Positions 8,311-20,850 of a DNA stretch of 64,000 nt are shown here, piece after piece (position 1 is the first letter of the stretch; the number at the start of each line of letters is the position of its first letter). Made by a program: the position numbers and the translations under genes. The stretch is from Gammaproteobacteria bacterium (lineage in GTDB: Bacteria; Pseudomonadota; Gammaproteobacteria; CAJXQU01), in contig JALSRM010000037.1 of NCBI GenBank assembly GCA_026984775.1, positions 49,604 to 113,603 on the forward strand, read 5' to 3'. A model generated the notes under the pieces. That model was given only the letters and a program-made list of their open reading frames with translations. It made no database searches and was not told the origin of the DNA.

Positions 8311-10677
8311 ATGAACAAATACGTGATCGAATTAGAAAAACTTTCCATGAAGGACATAGGCCAAGTTGGCGGTAAGAATGCCTCTCTCGGGGAAATGATT
8401 TCAACCTTATCAAACGCAGGCGTCCTTGTCCCGGGTGGGTTTGCAACAACTGCAGATGCATACTGGGAATTTCTGCAATATGAAGGCCTTGAAGAACGTA
8501 TAAACAATGTCCTTTCAGAACTTGATGTAGACGATGTTAAACGGCTTGCGGAAACTGGAGAGATGATCCGGCAGTGGGTGCTTGAGGCCCCATTTCCTGA
8601 CGGGCTTGAACAATCATTACGCGCAGCCTATGCCGAACTTGAGAACAGAGCCGGGGAAAACGTTGCAGTCGCTGTACGCTCATCCGCCACGGCGGAAGAT
8701 CTGCCTGATGCCTCCTTTGCCGGTCAGCAAGAGACCTTCCTGAATATTCGAGGAATTGAGAATGTACTGGAGCGCGTCAAGAAAGTTTTTGCCTCACTCT
8801 ACAATGATCGCGCCATTGCCTACAGAGTACATAAAGGTTTTGAACATGCTGATGTTGCCCTGTCTGCTGGAATCCAGCGTATGGTACGCAGTGATCTCGC
8901 CGCAAGCGGTGTCATGTTCACCCTGGATACGGAGTCTGGTTTCGAAGAGGCGGTTTTTATTACATCGTCGTACGGGCTGGGAGAAATGATCGTCCAGGGG
9001 ACTGTCAACCCGGATGAATTTTATACCTACAAACCTAACCTCTGTTCGGAAAGGCCGGCCATCCTGCGCCGCCACAAGGGCGAAAAAGCAATTAAAATGG
9101 TCTTGAATGATGATCAGAGACAGCCAACACAGGTTGTGGATGTACCAGAAGAGGAACGTATTCGCTTTTCACTGACTGATGAAGAGGTGGAATCATTGGG
9201 CCGTATTGGGATCACGATCGAGAAACACTACGGAAGGCCAATGGATATCGAATGGGGCAAGGATGGCGTGGATGGCCAACTTTATATACTCCAGGCCCGG
9301 CCAGAAACAGTAAAGAGCAATCGTAAAAAGCATGTGATTGAACGTTATATGCTGAAAGAGCATTCAGAGGTGCTCGTGACCGGACGGAGCATTGGTCAGA
9401 AGATCGGCAGTGGCAAGGTTCGCATCATCAAACAGATTGCCGATATGGATGAGTTGATTGAAGGTGAGATCTTGGTAACAGATATGACCGATCCTGACTG
9501 GGAACCAGTAATGAAGCGGGCTTCGGCTATCGTCACTAACCGCGGCGGTCGTACCTGCCATGCTGCGATCATTGCCAGAGAGTTGGGGATCCCAGCGGTG
9601 GTAGGAACCAATGATGCCACAGAGAAGCTCACAACGGGGCAAGAGGTGACAGTTTCTTGTGCTGAAGGTGACACGGGTTATGTTTATGACGGACTGTTGG
9701 ATTATGAGATCAAGGAGATTTCACTCGGTAACATGCCTGAGATTCCGGTCAGGATTATGCTCAATGTCGGAAATCCAGAACGGGCATTTGACTTTTCATC
9801 GTATCCGAATCATGGGATTGGACTTGCACGCCTGGAGTTCATTATCAGCCAGATGATCGGTATCCATCCGCGTGCACTGATCGAATACGCAACAATGCCA
9901 CCTGAGTTACAAAAAACCATCGAAAAACGTATCACAGGTTATGCGGATCCGGTGACTTTCTATGAAGAAAAACTGGTTGAGGGAATTTCGACACTGGCCG
10001 CTGCATTTGCACCAAAACCGGTCATCGTCAGACTTTCTGATTTCAAATCCAATGAGTATTCCAACTTGCTCGGAGGCAAGCATTTCGAACCCCGTGAGGA
10101 GAATCCAATGTTGGGGTTCAGGGGAGCAGCACGATATATCTCGGAGCAGTTTAAGGAATGTTTCAAACTCGAGTGCAGGGCATTACATAGAGTTAGGCAA
10201 GAAATGGGCTTCACCCATGTCAAGATTATGGTGCCCTTCGTCAGGACTGTAGAGCAGGCTTCGGCTGTGGTAGATTTGCTTGCCGAAAATGGCCTGAAGC
10301 GAGGTGACGAAGGGCTCGAGATCATGATGATGTGTGAAATCCCGTCTAATGTATTGCTGGCGGAAGAGTTTCTGCAACTGTTTGATGGATTTTCAGTTGG
10401 TTCGAACGATCTGACGCAACTGACACTGGGTATCGATCGGGATTCCAGCTTGGTGGCGGATAGTTTTGATGAACGCAATCCTGCGGTCAAAAAACTTCTG
10501 GGTATGGCAATTGAGAAATGTAATCTGCTAAACAAATATATTGGGATTTGCGGTCAAGGGCCTTCGGATCATCCCGATTTGGCGGAATGGTTACTGGAGC
10601 AAAACATCACCAGTATTTCACTGAATCCGGATTCGGTACTCGAAACCTGGTTTCGGCTGGCAGGTGAGAAGTTTTGA
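8311..10677 (+). CDS. ppsA: Phosphoenolpyruvate synthase (pyruvate, water dikinase)
   Basis: 788 aa; an ATP-grasp N-terminus, phosphohistidine region ([17 protein letters not shown]) and PEP-utilising C-terminus; AAAAGGAG RBS. Confidence 0.95.
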   Translation: MNKYVIELEKLSMKDIGQVGGKNASLGEMISTLSNAGVLVPGGFATTADAYWEFLQYEGLEERINNVLSELDVDDVKRLAETGEMIRQWVLEAPFPDGLEQSLRAAYAELENRAGENVAVAVRSSATAEDLPDASFAGQQETFLNIRGIENVLERVKKVFASLYNDRAIAYRVHKGFEHADVALSAGIQRMVRSDLAASGVMFTLDTESGFEEAVFITSSYGLGEMIVQGTVNPDEFYTYKPNLCSERPAILRRHKGEKAIKMVLNDDQRQPTQVVDVPEEERIRFSLTDEEVESLGRIGITIEKHYGRPMDIEWGKDGVDGQLYILQARPETVKSNRKKHVIERYMLKEHSEVLVTGRSIGQKIGSGKVRIIKQIADMDELIEGEILVTDMTDPDWEPVMKRASAIVTNRGGRTCHAAIIARELGIPAVVGTNDATEKLTTGQEVTVSCAEGDTGYVYDGLLDYEIKEISLGNMPEIPVRIMLNVGNPERAFDFSSYPNHGIGLARLEFIISQMIGIHPRALIEYATMPPELQKTIEKRITGYADPVTFYEEKLVEGISTLAAAFAPKPVIVRLSDFKSNEYSNLLGGKHFEPREENPMLGFRGAARYISEQFKECFKLECRALHRVRQEMGFTHVKIMVPFVRTVEQASAVVDLLAENGLKRGDEGLEIMMMCEIPSNVLLAEEFLQLFDGFSVGSNDLTQLTLGIDRDSSLVADSFDERNPAVKKLLGMAIEKCNLLNKYIGICGQGPSDHPDLAEWLLEQNITSISLNPDSVLETWFRLAGEKF

Positions 10678-10691
10678 TGGTTGAATCAGGT

Positions 10692-12119
10692 TCAATAGAA
10701 CTCCTGAACCCATTGCGCCAGCTGCTCAAGAATCCTTTGATCACGTTGACTGAGTGCTTGTAGTGCGAGATCTTCCATACGTGACTCGAATTCAAACTTT
10801 GTCAGGGTACAGCCATATTTTCCTTCGACAATCCGTTCTTGGCAGAAGGCTGCCCAGTCCTGCTGTTCTCCTTCGGAGAGCGTTTCCGGCCAGTTACGCG
10901 CACGATAACGAAAGTAGAGTGTTTTCAGGCGTGGATCATTAAAAGGTGGCTGCCAGTTGGCAAGATCTTCTGGCTTAGATCGGAGCACCTGTTCACAGAT
11001 CAGCCGATCATCGTTGCTGATGAAGCCATCATAGAGTGCTGCATCGGCATCTACTTGTTCGCGTTTTTGTCTGTTGAGGTGCATCTGCTGCAAACGTTGT
11101 TTCAGTGTGCCATCCGAAAGCAGTTTTTCACGGTTTTTTTTCACCTGATCCCAGTGGATGTTCCAGCGCTCGGCCAGTTCAGGCGACAGGGTATTAACCG
11201 GCGCTAGAGCAGGGCATTTGTTGAGGTGAACACTCTTCAGAGCAACTCGCTGTTCATCCTTTGGGCGCTCGTCATTAGGTGTGAACAGGTTGATCGCGAT
11301 TTCATCCGGAGTCAGTGTGAGAAGATGCTCAGGATCATGCCGACAATCATAGACGATGATCTCATTTTTGTTGACTGGATGTTGGAGGATGGGGATCACT
11401 GGAGCTATACAGCCTTCTTCGACCTTGTACATACCTGAAACATGCAGTACGATCTCCTGTGTCTGGAGGTTAAGCATTCTGGCGGCATTCCCCTTTTGGC
11501 GCAGATCATAATAGAAATCGAACAGGCGTGGTTTCAGTTTTTTGATCAGGCGGGCGATGGCTAGAGTTGCCATGACATCTACAAGCGCATCGTGGGCACC
11601 TTCCTGCTCGATACCATTCGCATCTGTCAATAACTCTAGGCGAAAGCTGACTTTTCCCTCATCGTTTACAGGCCAAGAGAAATCTTCGGGCCGGAGTGCA
11701 TAAGTCATGCGAACAAGGTCTAGAATATCCCAGCGACTGTTACCTTCCTTCCATTCTCGTGCATAGGGGTCATAAAAGTTTCGGTATAGCCCGAACCGGG
11801 TCACTTCGTCATCAAAGCGGATACTGTTGTACCCAACACCGCAAGTGTGAGGTCTGGAAAGTTCTTTGTGGATGATCTCGAAAAAGGAGGCTTCATTCAT
11901 GCCTTTGTCATAGGCTAGTTGAGGTGTGATACCCGTTATCAGTGCAGCATCTGGAGACGGCAGAAAATCGGGGGCTGGGCGACAATAGATCATTATAGGC
12001 TCATCGATCAGTTCCAGTTCGAGAGTTGTTCTAACACCGGCAAACTGTACCGGTCGATCTCTCCGGGGATCGATACCCCAGGTTTCATAGTCATGCCAGA
12101 AAAATGTGGGTTCAGACAA
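10692..12119 (-). CDS. sbcB: Exodeoxyribonuclease I
   Basis: N-terminus FFWHDYETWGIDPRRDRPVQFAGVRT, the SbcB/XonA exonuclease domain; 475 aa. Confidence 0.9.
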   Translation of the reverse strand: MSEPTFFWHDYETWGIDPRRDRPVQFAGVRTTLELELIDEPIMIYCRPAPDFLPSPDAALITGITPQLAYDKGMNEASFFEIIHKELSRPHTCGVGYNSIRFDDEVTRFGLYRNFYDPYAREWKEGNSRWDILDLVRMTYALRPEDFSWPVNDEGKVSFRLELLTDANGIEQEGAHDALVDVMATLAIARLIKKLKPRLFDFYYDLRQKGNAARMLNLQTQEIVLHVSGMYKVEEGCIAPVIPILQHPVNKNEIIVYDCRHDPEHLLTLTPDEIAINLFTPNDERPKDEQRVALKSVHLNKCPALAPVNTLSPELAERWNIHWDQVKKNREKLLSDGTLKQRLQQMHLNRQKREQVDADAALYDGFISNDDRLICEQVLRSKPEDLANWQPPFNDPRLKTLYFRYRARNWPETLSEGEQQDWAAFCQERIVEGKYGCTLTKFEFESRMEDLALQALSQRDQRILEQLAQWVQEFY

Positions 12120-12299
12120 AATTTATACCTTGATATAGGAAAAAACAAAGCATATATGATGCTTTGAGATTGTGGTAGATGAAAAATTCAAATGCGAACT
12201 TTTGTAAGTTATCTTTTCATTTTATACCCGTTAAATTTCATATCAGGTACCCTGCAGTCATATGGCAAGTAAGATTGAGACAGGGATGGTCGTGAGACA

Positions 12300-13334
12300 A
12301 TGAGATTTAACATACTCGATTTGATACGGTTTAGCGCCGCTCTCGGTGTCGTTTTTTATCACTATACTTCAGGTGAATCTGGAGCTCCTTTTGGTGTTCT
12401 TGCTGAGTTTACAAAATTTGGTTATCTGGGAGTTCCTTTGTTCTTCATGATCAGCGGGTTTGTGATCAGCGCATCTGCACTCAATCGTACCCCATCCGAG
12501 TTTGTTATTTCACGTTTAACCCGTTTGTATCCAACCATCTTCGTTTGTCTCACGCTAACTACACTGGTCATTCTGACTCTTGGAAAGGACAATATCTCTC
12601 TGTTCCAGTATTTGACCAACCTGACGGTGCTCAATCTCTATGCTGGGCAACCTTTTATTGATGGTGTGTACTGGACACTGCTCGCTGAATTGAAGTTCTA
12701 TTTTTGTGTGTTCTTGCTGTTGACAGCGGGATGGTTCCATAAATTCAAAATCTGGTTATCCATTTGGATGGTGATGACAATCACCTTCCTTTTGTTCAAA
12801 CAGCCTTTTTTCATGGGGTGGTTCATTAGCCCTGAGTATTCTGCATTTTTTATCGCAGGTGTTGCTTTTTTCATGGTTACAAGGCAGGGCTACGACAAAT
12901 ATTATTCCGGCTTGCTGCTGCTTGCCTTGATCGTTGGTCTTGTTAGGGCATATGAACAAGCAGGCAGTTTTTTACACGACACGACCGAAGCCGATCGTAT
13001 GATCGCTGTTATACTCACCGGGGGATTCTTCTTGCTGTTCTATCTTATCTCGATAGAGCGTGTCAAAATTAGGGGCAACTCAATGATTCTGCTGCTGGGA
13101 GGGATGACCTATCCTCTCTATTTGCTCCATAGCAAAGTGGGGAGTATCCTCGAAGCGCAACTCAGGGAATACCTGAATCCTCATATAACGGTGGTTTTCT
13201 TGGTGATCCTGATGTTATTTTTATCTGCCATGATTCATATTTATGTGGAAAGGCGCTATGCAAATCCGATCAAGATCTGGCTCATCGATCGTGCCAATAG
13301 CCTCAAAGGAGAGCACATAAAGGTTTCTTCTTGA
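12300..13334 (+). CDS. Acyltransferase family 3 (OafA/YrhL-like) integral membrane protein
   Basis: N-terminus MRFNILDLIRFSAALGVVFYHY and about 10 hydrophobic helices. Confidence 0.7.
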   Translation: MRFNILDLIRFSAALGVVFYHYTSGESGAPFGVLAEFTKFGYLGVPLFFMISGFVISASALNRTPSEFVISRLTRLYPTIFVCLTLTTLVILTLGKDNISLFQYLTNLTVLNLYAGQPFIDGVYWTLLAELKFYFCVFLLLTAGWFHKFKIWLSIWMVMTITFLLFKQPFFMGWFISPEYSAFFIAGVAFFMVTRQGYDKYYSGLLLLALIVGLVRAYEQAGSFLHDTTEADRMIAVILTGGFFLLFYLISIERVKIRGNSMILLLGGMTYPLYLLHSKVGSILEAQLREYLNPHITVVFLVILMLFLSAMIHIYVERRYANPIKIWLIDRANSLKGEHIKVSS

Positions 13335-13348
13335 GTAGATGAGGAAGT

Positions 13349-13391
13349 ATGAATTGTAGCCATATTCTGAATGAATATGACTACAATTCAT
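13349..13391. terminator. Perfect 11-bp inverted repeat (ATGAATTGTAG...CTACAATTCAT) with 21-nt loop between convergent genes
   Basis: Read directly from the sequence; lies between the acyltransferase stop (13334) and the glcG-like stop (13401); no clear T-tract. Confidence 0.4.
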
Positions 13392-13400
13392 GATCAGGTC

Positions 13401-13796
13401 TTACAGGGCATCAACGCCAGCCTGGGCGATTTGTCCATCCTGGAAAGATTGGACACCACTGACACCGATGGCACCCACAATTTCATCATTGTGGACCAGC
13501 GGCAAACCTCCTTCGATCGGTAACATACCTTTCAGAGCCAGATAGCCCTGCCGTCCGTCTGCGACCGTCTGTTCCCAGAACTTGGTCGGACGACGGAACA
13601 TCAGAGCGGTTTTTGCCTTGGTAATGGCAACGTCGATACTTCCCAGCTGTACCTTTTCACGTTGGAGGTACATTAGGTGCCCTCCATCATCAACGATAGC
13701 GATCACGACATTCCAGTTATTACGTTTTGCCTCCGCTTCCGCAGCAGCGGCAACTCGTTTGACGTCATCTAGACTCAAGATTTCTTTACTGTACAA
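13401..13796 (-). CDS. GlcG/HbpS-like (DUF336) haem-binding protein family
   Basis: 131 aa with the GAIGVSGV motif; immediately downstream of malate synthase G, as glcG follows glcB. Confidence 0.7.
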   Translation of the reverse strand: MYSKEILSLDDVKRVAAAAEAEAKRNNWNVVIAIVDDGGHLMYLQREKVQLGSIDVAITKAKTALMFRRPTKFWEQTVADGRQGYLALKGMLPIEGGLPLVHNDEIVGAIGVSGVQSFQDGQIAQAGVDAL

Positions 13797-13810
13797 GATA
13801 CTCTCCTTTC

Positions 13811-15985
13811 TTACTGGTTTAACAATTTCTTTATCTGTCGCCGGTGGGCATGCAGTACAGGCTCAGTATACCCATTTGGTTGGTCACATCCAGTGAAGAC
13901 CAGATCAAGCGCTGCCTGGAATGCGATATTGTTGTCATAATCTGGAGCCATGTTATGGTAGTTTGGGTCGTTTTCATTCTGAATATCAACAATTACAGCC
14001 ATTTTCTTAAACACTTCTATCACTTGATCGCGTGTTACCAGGCCGTGATGCAACCAGTTACTGATATGTTGGCTCGAAATGCGCAGTGTCGCACGATCTT
14101 CCATCAGAGCAATATTATGAATATCAGGGACCTTGGAGCAACCGATACCCTGATCGATCCATCGCACGACGTAGCCGAGGATCCCTTGGGCATTGTTTTC
14201 AAGTTCGGAACGGATCTCTGCATCGGTGAGTTCGCGTCTCATGAGTGGAATCGTGAGAATATCATTGAGACTGGCACGGGGTACGCTGGCGAGTTCCTGC
14301 TGACGGGTATGTACATTGACCCGGTGATAATGCATGACATGAAGAGTTGCCGCGGTGGGAGAGGGCACCCAGGCCGTATTTGCACCAGCACGAGGATGGT
14401 TGATCTTGGTTTCCATCATGGCTGCCATGTTGTCTGGTTCTGCCCACATACCCTTTCCGATCTGGGCGTGGCCAGGGAGGCCAGTTTCGAGACCAATATC
14501 CACATTCCAGTCTTCATAAGCCAGTAGCCAGGTCGCTTTTTTGAGATCATGCTTGGGCAGAACCGGACCTGCCTTCATACTGGTGTGGATTTCATCACCT
14601 GTACGATCGAGGAAGCCAGTGTTGATAAAGATGACACGATCTTTTGCCACCCTGATACATTCCTTGAGGTTGACAGTCGTACGGCGTTCCTCATCCATAA
14701 TACCAATTTTGACTGTATTCCTTTCCAGGCAAAGAGCATCTTCAACCCGTTCAAACAGTTGGATCGTGGCTGCAACTTCTTCAGGACCATGCTGTTTGGG
14801 TTTGACGATATAGATACTGCCGGTCCTGCTGTTACGAAACTGCCCGTTCCCTAATAGATCATGTTTGGCGATAAGGATCGTCATCATGGCATCAAGGAAA
14901 CCTTCTGGAATCTCTTTTCCATCGGTGGTGAGTACGGCATCGGTATACATGTGGATACCCACATTACGACACAGCATCAGACTGCGGCCCTGCAAAGAGA
15001 ACTTCGATCCGTCGGGAGCAGTGAATTCCTGGTCTTCAATGAGTGTTCTTTCAATGGATTCATTATCTTTGACAACAGTCCGTTTGAGGTCACCTTTCAT
15101 CAGCCCTAGCCAGTTCCGATAGACGCGCGTCTTGTCTTCTGCGTCAACGGCAGAAACAGAATCTTCACAGTCCATGATGGTACTTATGGCTGATTCAAGT
15201 CTGATGTCATAGACACTTGCCAAATCGCCACGGCCGATGTAGTAGCCTTCACCGATACAAATTTCGATATGAAGATGATTCTGCTTGAGCAGAATACTGT
15301 CGGGAGATTCTGGATCGCCGGTATAGCCGGCAAAACGTTCACGTTTACCGAGTCCAGTTTCAGTACCGTCGCCCATAACACCAATGAGTTTGCCACTTTT
15401 GACCATATATTTGACCACATAGTGGTGACTACCAATTGCCATGGGTACGGTATTGTCGAGAAAGTCCCGAGCGTACTTGATTACCTGGGCACCACGAACA
15501 GGGTTATACTTTTTCGTTCGTTTGCACCCTTGGGTTTCAGGGATAACATCAGTTCCATAGAGTGCGTCATAGAGGCTGCCCCAGCGTGCATTGGCGGCAT
15601 TCAAAGCGTAACGTGAATTATCGACGGGTACGACTAACTGTGGCCCGGCAATTGTTGTGATCTCTTCATCCACATTGGTTGTCGTGACTTTGAAATCGCC
15701 TCCTTCCGGGAGCAAGTAACCAATCTGCTGCAGGAAGTCACGATATTCATCGATATTAATAGGCTGACCTTTGTGTACAAGATGCCAGTTATCGATCTGG
15801 TTCTGAAGATGGTCTCTTTTTTCCAGTAGCTTCTGGTTCACTGGCCCCAGATCATCGAAAATACGTGCGAGTTCAGACCAGAAATGATCCGGACCGATGC
15901 CTGTTCCAGGTGCGATTTCATTTTTCAGCAACCTGTAAAGGGGTTCGGCAATTCTGAGACCCTGTGATTCAATATACGGTGTCAT
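13811..15985 (-). CDS. glcB: Malate synthase G
   Basis: 724 aa; N-terminus [17 protein letters not shown]; size and sequence typical of malate synthase G. Confidence 0.95.
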   Translation of the reverse strand: MTPYIESQGLRIAEPLYRLLKNEIAPGTGIGPDHFWSELARIFDDLGPVNQKLLEKRDHLQNQIDNWHLVHKGQPINIDEYRDFLQQIGYLLPEGGDFKVTTTNVDEEITTIAGPQLVVPVDNSRYALNAANARWGSLYDALYGTDVIPETQGCKRTKKYNPVRGAQVIKYARDFLDNTVPMAIGSHHYVVKYMVKSGKLIGVMGDGTETGLGKRERFAGYTGDPESPDSILLKQNHLHIEICIGEGYYIGRGDLASVYDIRLESAISTIMDCEDSVSAVDAEDKTRVYRNWLGLMKGDLKRTVVKDNESIERTLIEDQEFTAPDGSKFSLQGRSLMLCRNVGIHMYTDAVLTTDGKEIPEGFLDAMMTILIAKHDLLGNGQFRNSRTGSIYIVKPKQHGPEEVAATIQLFERVEDALCLERNTVKIGIMDEERRTTVNLKECIRVAKDRVIFINTGFLDRTGDEIHTSMKAGPVLPKHDLKKATWLLAYEDWNVDIGLETGLPGHAQIGKGMWAEPDNMAAMMETKINHPRAGANTAWVPSPTAATLHVMHYHRVNVHTRQQELASVPRASLNDILTIPLMRRELTDAEIRSELENNAQGILGYVVRWIDQGIGCSKVPDIHNIALMEDRATLRISSQHISNWLHHGLVTRDQVIEVFKKMAVIVDIQNENDPNYHNMAPDYDNNIAFQAALDLVFTGCDQPNGYTEPVLHAHRRQIKKLLNQ

Positions 15986-16042
15986 GATAATGTCTTTTGT
16001 TCCTTCAACAATATAATTTTACCAGTTCCGAACAGTTTACAG

Positions 16043-16076
16043 GCAAAAAAAAGCCCCGATCAAAGTGTCGGGGCTT
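16043..16076 (-). terminator. Rho-independent terminator (AAGCCCCGA-loop-TCGGGGCTT followed by a T-run on the minus strand)
   Basis: 9-bp GC-rich stem with a run of 9 A on the plus strand (T on the minus strand), just downstream of the phasin stop. Confidence 0.75.
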
Positions 16077-16096
16077 GTAAACTCGAAATGCTTGAA

Positions 16097-16459
16097 TCAA
16101 GCAGCTTTTTTAGAAGTCTTTTTGGGTGTTGAGCTTACAGCTTCAATGCTTTCAGCGATGATTTTCTGAACTTCTTCGTTGTAAGCTTTGGCTTCTTCGA
16201 GAGCGGCTTTGCTTTCTTCGACAGTTTTCTTGACAGTTTCTTGTGCGATTTCATTCTGTCGTTTAAGGAAAGCAGTGAAACTTTCGATGTCTTTGACCTC
16301 AGCCAATGCTTTTGAACGCTGTTCAGTCAGGCTGATCAGTTCTTTGGCAGCTTCGGTCTGCTTTTCTATAGCTGCTTCGAACTTGGCAATATTCAGTTCT
16401 GTCAGTTTTTCAATCGGTTTTGTAAATGCGGTAAAGTCGAAGGGAAACTCTTTCATCAT
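16097..16459 (-). CDS. Phasin (PHA-granule associated) family protein
   Basis: 120-aa alpha-helical Ala/Glu/Lys-rich protein with the FDFTAFTKP...ELNIAKFEAAIEKQ pattern of PhaP-type phasins. Confidence 0.55.
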   Translation of the reverse strand: MMKEFPFDFTAFTKPIEKLTELNIAKFEAAIEKQTEAAKELISLTEQRSKALAEVKDIESFTAFLKRQNEIAQETVKKTVEESKAALEEAKAYNEEVQKIIAESIEAVSSTPKKTSKKAA

Positions 16460-16598
16460 GGTAATTCTCCTGTTAAATACTATCTAAACGTTAATACACT
16501 GGTAATTATAGATCATAAATTGCTGCAATGCAACATTTCTGAGGCGTATATGGTGACTCATGGCAAGATTTCAAGGGCCGGCGCAATTCTAGGAAGAA

Positions 16599-19500
16599 TC
16601 AACTGTCGGCTTCATCATATCCAAGATTTGGTGCGAGCCAACGTTCGATAGTGGAAATATCCATGCCCTTGCGTCTGGCGTAATCCTGGATTTGATCACG
16701 ATTGAGCTTGCCCACACCGAAGTAACGTGATTCAGGGTGTGAAAAATACCAGCCACTGACAGCCGCTGTTGGTACCATGGCATAGTGCTCGGTCAGGGTA
16801 ATCCCTGTATTTTTCTCAACATCCAGCAATTCCCAGAGCAGGGGTTTTTCGGTGTGATCAGGACAGGCCGGATAACCAGGCGCTGGTCTTATGCCCTGGT
16901 ATTGTTCGGCTATCAAAGCGTTATTGTCGAGGTGCTCATCCGGAGCGTAGCCCCAGAATTCTGTACGCACTCGCTGATGCATCCTTTCGGCAAAGGCTTC
17001 GGCCAGCCGATCAGCCAGTGCTTTGAGCATGATAGCACTATAATCATCGTGATCCGTTTCGAATTCAGCGAGTTTGTTTTCCATCCCAAAACCGGTGGCA
17101 ACGGCAAAGGCACCAATATAGTCCTCTACGTGCTTTTCCTGAGGGCCAATGAAATCGGCCAGTGCATAGTTGGGCTGACCCGGCGGCTTGCGTGTCTGCT
17201 GACGTAGAGAATGGATGACCATGAGTTCACCATCACGATTCTCACTGCTATAGATCTCGATATCGTCATCACCTATGGTGTTTGCGGGGAAGAGGCCTAT
17301 CACTCCTCTTGCAGTGAACCATTTTTCTTCAATGATCCGATCGAGCATGTGCTGGGCATCCTGATAGAGTTTGGTTGCTTCTTCTCCCACCGATTTATCT
17401 TGCAGAATACGCGGAAATTTCCCGGCCAGTTCCCATGCTATGAAGAAGGGTGTCCAGTCGATATATTCTCGTAACTCGGCAAGGGAGTAATCTTCGAATA
17501 CATGGATACCCGGTTGTTTCGGAACAGGAGGTGTATAACTGGACCAGTCGATGGGTGTTTTGTTTTCGCGTGCCTGATCCAGTGTCAGCCATTCGGTTTT
17601 TGACTGTCTGCCCTTATGACGTTCACGCACCATGTCATATTCCTTTTTAAGTTCCTGGACTAACTCTTCCTTCATCTCCACATTCAGAAGCCGGGTAGAG
17701 ATACCTACAGCGCGTGAAGCATCCTTTACATGAACAACCGGATGGTCGTAGTTCGGGTCGATCTTAACGGCCGTATGAGCTCTTGAGGTCGTAGCACCGC
17801 CTATCATCAGTGGCAAAGTGAATTCCTGCCGTTGCATTTCCTTGGCAACATGAACCATCTCATCAAGGGAAGGGGTGATAAGCCCACTGAGGCCAATCAG
17901 ATCGGCATTCAATTCCCGGGCCTTGTCGAGGATGGTTTGTGCAGGCACCATGACTCCAAGATCAATGACTTCAAAATTGTTGCACTGAAGAACGACACCG
18001 ACGATATTTTTTCCAATATCGTGCACATCCCCCTTGACGGTTGCCATGATAATCTTACCGTTTGTCTGGGTCTCGCCTGCTACCTTTTCCGCTTCGATAT
18101 AGGGCAACAGATAGGCAACTGCCTTCTTCATGACCCTTGCACTCTTGACGACCTGGGGCAGAAACATCTTCCCTGCACCAAACAGATCACCCACGACATT
18201 CATTCCCTCCATCAGAGGGCCCTCAATGACATCCAAAGGCTTTTCTGCCTTTTGACGGGCTTCTTCAGTATCTTCCTCGATAAATTCCGCGATACCTTTG
18301 ACCAGAGCATGTGTGATCCGCTCCTGAACAGTACCTTTTCGCCACTCCAGATCTGCTTTTCTTTCTTTTGTTCCACCACTTTCAGCCTTGAATCTTTCGG
18401 CGAACTCGACCAATCGATCGGTGGCATCAGGTCGACGATTCAGAAGCACATCTTCAATCCGTTCCAACAGATCATCCGGGATTTCATCGTAGATGCCGAG
18501 CTGACCAGCATTGACAATAGCCATATCCAGTCCTGCCTGGATGGCGTGGTAAAGGAAAACCGCATGCATAGCCTCTCGCACAGGAGTGTTACCACGAAAT
18601 GAAAAGGAGACGTTACTTAACCCCCCGCTTACCAGTGCGTAGGGTAAATGCTCCTTGATGAGTCGTGTGGCCTCAAAGAAGGAAACCGCATAGTTGTTGT
18701 GCTCTTCCATACCCGTTGCCACGGTGAGCACATTGGGATCAAAGATAATATCCTCAGGTGGGAACCCGACCTGGTTAACCAGCAGGTTGTAGGATCGCTT
18801 GCAAACCTCGAAGCGGCGTTCAGTGGTGTCAGCTTGTCCTTTTTCATCGAAAGCCATTACCACCACGGCAGCGCCGTAACGTCGAACCAGTTTGGCTCGT
18901 TCCAGAAACTTTTCCTCACCTTCCTTTAGGCTGATCGAGTTGACAATTGGCTTTCCTTGTACACAACGCAGGCCTGCTTCAATGACAGACCATTTTGAGG
19001 AATCAATCATGACCGGAACACGACTGATATCCGGTTCTGAGGCAATGAGGTTGAGAAAATCCTGCATCAGTTGCGCGGAATCGAGCATGCCCTCATCCAT
19101 ACAAATATCAATGATTTGAGCACCATTTTCCACTTGTTGACGGGCAACTTCCAAAGCAGCATCTAAATCCTGTTCTTCCTTGATTAAGCGCAGAAATTTG
19201 GGGGAGCCGGCAACATTGGTCCGCTCTCCTACATTTACAAAATTGACATCAGGTGTGATATTGAAAGGTTCGAGACCGGAGAGGCGCTGTACAATCGGCA
19301 GATCCGGTATTTTCCTGGGGGATATGCCCTCAATGGCTTCTGCCATAGCGCGGATATGATCCGGTGTTGTGCCACAACAGCCACCAACGATATTGAGCAG
19401 ACCGGCTTCAGCCCATTCGTGGATATGCTTGGACATTTCCGGCGCTTCCAGATCATACTCACCGAATTCGTTGGGAAGTCCGGCATTAGGATGGGCACTA

Positions 19501-20312
19501 ACAAAGGTTTCCGAGAACGAAGCCAGTTCTTCAACATACTGGCGCAAATCTGCCGGGCCTAGGGCGCAGTTTAAGCCAATGGATAAGGGTTTCGCATGAC
19601 GCAGTGAGTTATAAAAGGCCTCGACGGTTTGACCGGTCAATGTCCGGCCGGATGCATCTGTGATAGTGCCAGAGATCATAATGGGTAAGCATATGTTCTG
19701 CTTTTCGAAATACTGATCAATAGCAAAAAGGGCGGCTTTGGCATTCAAGGTATCGAAAATGGTTTCGACCATCAGGATATCGACACCTCCTTCAACCAGG
19801 CCCCTGACTGCATCTGTATAGGCCTCGACCAGTTCCATGAAAGTGATGTTCCGGTAGCCCGGGTTATTGACATCAGGAGAAATGGAACAAGTTCTGTTGG
19901 TTGGTCCGAGTACACCGGCGACATACCGGGGTTTAGATGGATCAGAAAACGTGAACTCATCCGCGACCTCTCGGGCCAGCATGGCTCCTGCCAGATTCAG
20001 TTCATAGGCCAGTTTTTCCTGTTGATAATCAGCCAGGGCGATGGAAGTGGAGTTGAAACTATTTGTCTCAACGATATCCGCACCAGCCTCAAAATAGGCA
20101 CGATGGATCGATTTGATAATCTCTGGTTGAGTCAATGACAGCAGATCATTGTTGCCTTTTACATCACAGGGATGGTCAGCGAAACGCTCCCCACGGTAAT
20201 CGGCTTCTTCCAGGTTATAAGACTGGATCATCGTCCCCATTGCGCCATCCAGCAGCAGGATTCGTTCCCTCAGGGAGCAGTGAAGATGAGCCAGTCTTTT
20301 TTCGCGATTCAT
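16599..20312 (-). CDS. metH: Cobalamin-dependent methionine synthase
   Basis: Hcy-binding, pterin-binding, B12-binding (DxHxxG region) and AdoMet activation domains all recognisable; start set at [10 protein letters not shown]...[15 protein letters not shown], which aligns with the E. coli MetH N-terminus; the ORF track start at 20423 is rejected. Confidence 0.95.
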   Translation of the reverse strand: MNREKRLAHLHCSLRERILLLDGAMGTMIQSYNLEEADYRGERFADHPCDVKGNNDLLSLTQPEIIKSIHRAYFEAGADIVETNSFNSTSIALADYQQEKLAYELNLAGAMLAREVADEFTFSDPSKPRYVAGVLGPTNRTCSISPDVNNPGYRNITFMELVEAYTDAVRGLVEGGVDILMVETIFDTLNAKAALFAIDQYFEKQNICLPIMISGTITDASGRTLTGQTVEAFYNSLRHAKPLSIGLNCALGPADLRQYVEELASFSETFVSAHPNAGLPNEFGEYDLEAPEMSKHIHEWAEAGLLNIVGGCCGTTPDHIRAMAEAIEGISPRKIPDLPIVQRLSGLEPFNITPDVNFVNVGERTNVAGSPKFLRLIKEEQDLDAALEVARQQVENGAQIIDICMDEGMLDSAQLMQDFLNLIASEPDISRVPVMIDSSKWSVIEAGLRCVQGKPIVNSISLKEGEEKFLERAKLVRRYGAAVVVMAFDEKGQADTTERRFEVCKRSYNLLVNQVGFPPEDIIFDPNVLTVATGMEEHNNYAVSFFEATRLIKEHLPYALVSGGLSNVSFSFRGNTPVREAMHAVFLYHAIQAGLDMAIVNAGQLGIYDEIPDDLLERIEDVLLNRRPDATDRLVEFAERFKAESGGTKERKADLEWRKGTVQERITHALVKGIAEFIEEDTEEARQKAEKPLDVIEGPLMEGMNVVGDLFGAGKMFLPQVVKSARVMKKAVAYLLPYIEAEKVAGETQTNGKIIMATVKGDVHDIGKNIVGVVLQCNNFEVIDLGVMVPAQTILDKARELNADLIGLSGLITPSLDEMVHVAKEMQRQEFTLPLMIGGATTSRAHTAVKIDPNYDHPVVHVKDASRAVGISTRLLNVEMKEELVQELKKEYDMVRERHKGRQSKTEWLTLDQARENKTPIDWSSYTPPVPKQPGIHVFEDYSLAELREYIDWTPFFIAWELAGKFPRILQDKSVGEEATKLYQDAQHMLDRIIEEKWFTARGVIGLFPANTIGDDDIEIYSSENRDGELMVIHSLRQQTRKPPGQPNYALADFIGPQEKHVEDYIGAFAVATGFGMENKLAEFETDHDDYSAIMLKALADRLAEAFAERMHQRVRTEFWGYAPDEHLDNNALIAEQYQGIRPAPGYPACPDHTEKPLLWELLDVEKNTGITLTEHYAMVPTAAVSGWYFSHPESRYFGVGKLNRDQIQDYARRKGMDISTIERWLAPNLGYDEADS

Positions 20313-20430
20313 AGAGTTTTTGGATCGGTGATTGTTTATCAAAACGCTCAATTTTACATTGATTTGATGTATATGACTAAAATTAACTGTAATTTCACAC
20401 TTGATAGACAGAATCTTATCCAATAATTAG

Positions 20431-20494
20431 CCATTACTAATATTACTAATTTATAATATATGTTGCATAAAAAATTAGTGAATGCTAATATTAG
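20431..20494. promoter_or_regulatory. Divergent metH/arsR promoter region with direct repeat ATTACTAAT x2, a TATAAT box (20452-20457) and the palindrome CTAATATTAG (20485-20494)
   Basis: Repeats and palindrome read directly from the sequence; the palindrome is the expected ArsR/SmtB-type operator geometry. Confidence 0.4.
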
Positions 20495-20505
20495 AGAAGA
20501 CGAAT

Positions 20506-20802
20506 ATGAACGTTAATGAAATGGAAAAAAATGCAAAGGAGGCCTCAAATCTGCTGAAGTCTCTGGCCAACCCTAACCGGTTAATGGTGCTCTGTCACCT
20601 CAGCAAAAACGAATGCACAGTTGGAGAGCTGGAAAAACTTGTTGGATTAAGCCAGTCGGCATTATCCCAGCATCTGGCCAGACTGAGAGAAGAAGAGATT
20701 GTCGAATGCAGAAGGGAAGCCCAAAGCATGCATTATTCCGTCAGGGATGAAAAGACAAAGAAATTACTAGAATCGTTGTATGAACTGTATTGTAACACCT
20801 GA
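20506..20802 (+). CDS. ArsR/SmtB-family transcriptional regulator, possibly SqrR/BigR-like (Cys in helix alpha2 and near the C-terminus)
   Basis: wHTH region ...VGELEKLVGLSQSALSQHLARLREEEIV...; Cys in VLCHL and in C-terminal ELYCNT; start taken at the second ATG (20506) because the first (20482) sits inside the palindrome and lacks an SD. Confidence 0.7.
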   Translation: MNVNEMEKNAKEASNLLKSLANPNRLMVLCHLSKNECTVGELEKLVGLSQSALSQHLARLREEEIVECRREAQSMHYSVRDEKTKKLLESLYELYCNT

Positions 20803-20850
20803 AAACTTATACAAAAGCAGTTACAGAACCCATTAACAAGGAGTAAAGAG

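Noticed and set aside
9960-10535. 191-aa minus-strand ORF inside ppsA
   Set aside because: It is antisense to the strongly supported ppsA frame. Ser/Pro-rich, non-protein-like translation.
17832-18602. 256-aa plus-strand ORF inside metH
   Set aside because: It lies fully antisense to the well-supported metH reading frame. Low-complexity translation. Typical shadow ORF.
20313-20423. N-terminal 37-codon extension of the metH ORF
   Set aside because: The extension ([15 protein letters not shown]...) is not MetH-like, while the downstream Met aligns with canonical MetH N-termini. The extension would also cover the promoter and repeat region.
20313-20480. Cobalamin riboswitch upstream of metH
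   Set aside because: No B12-box-like conserved core recognisable. B12 riboswitches usually precede metE or btuB rather than metH.
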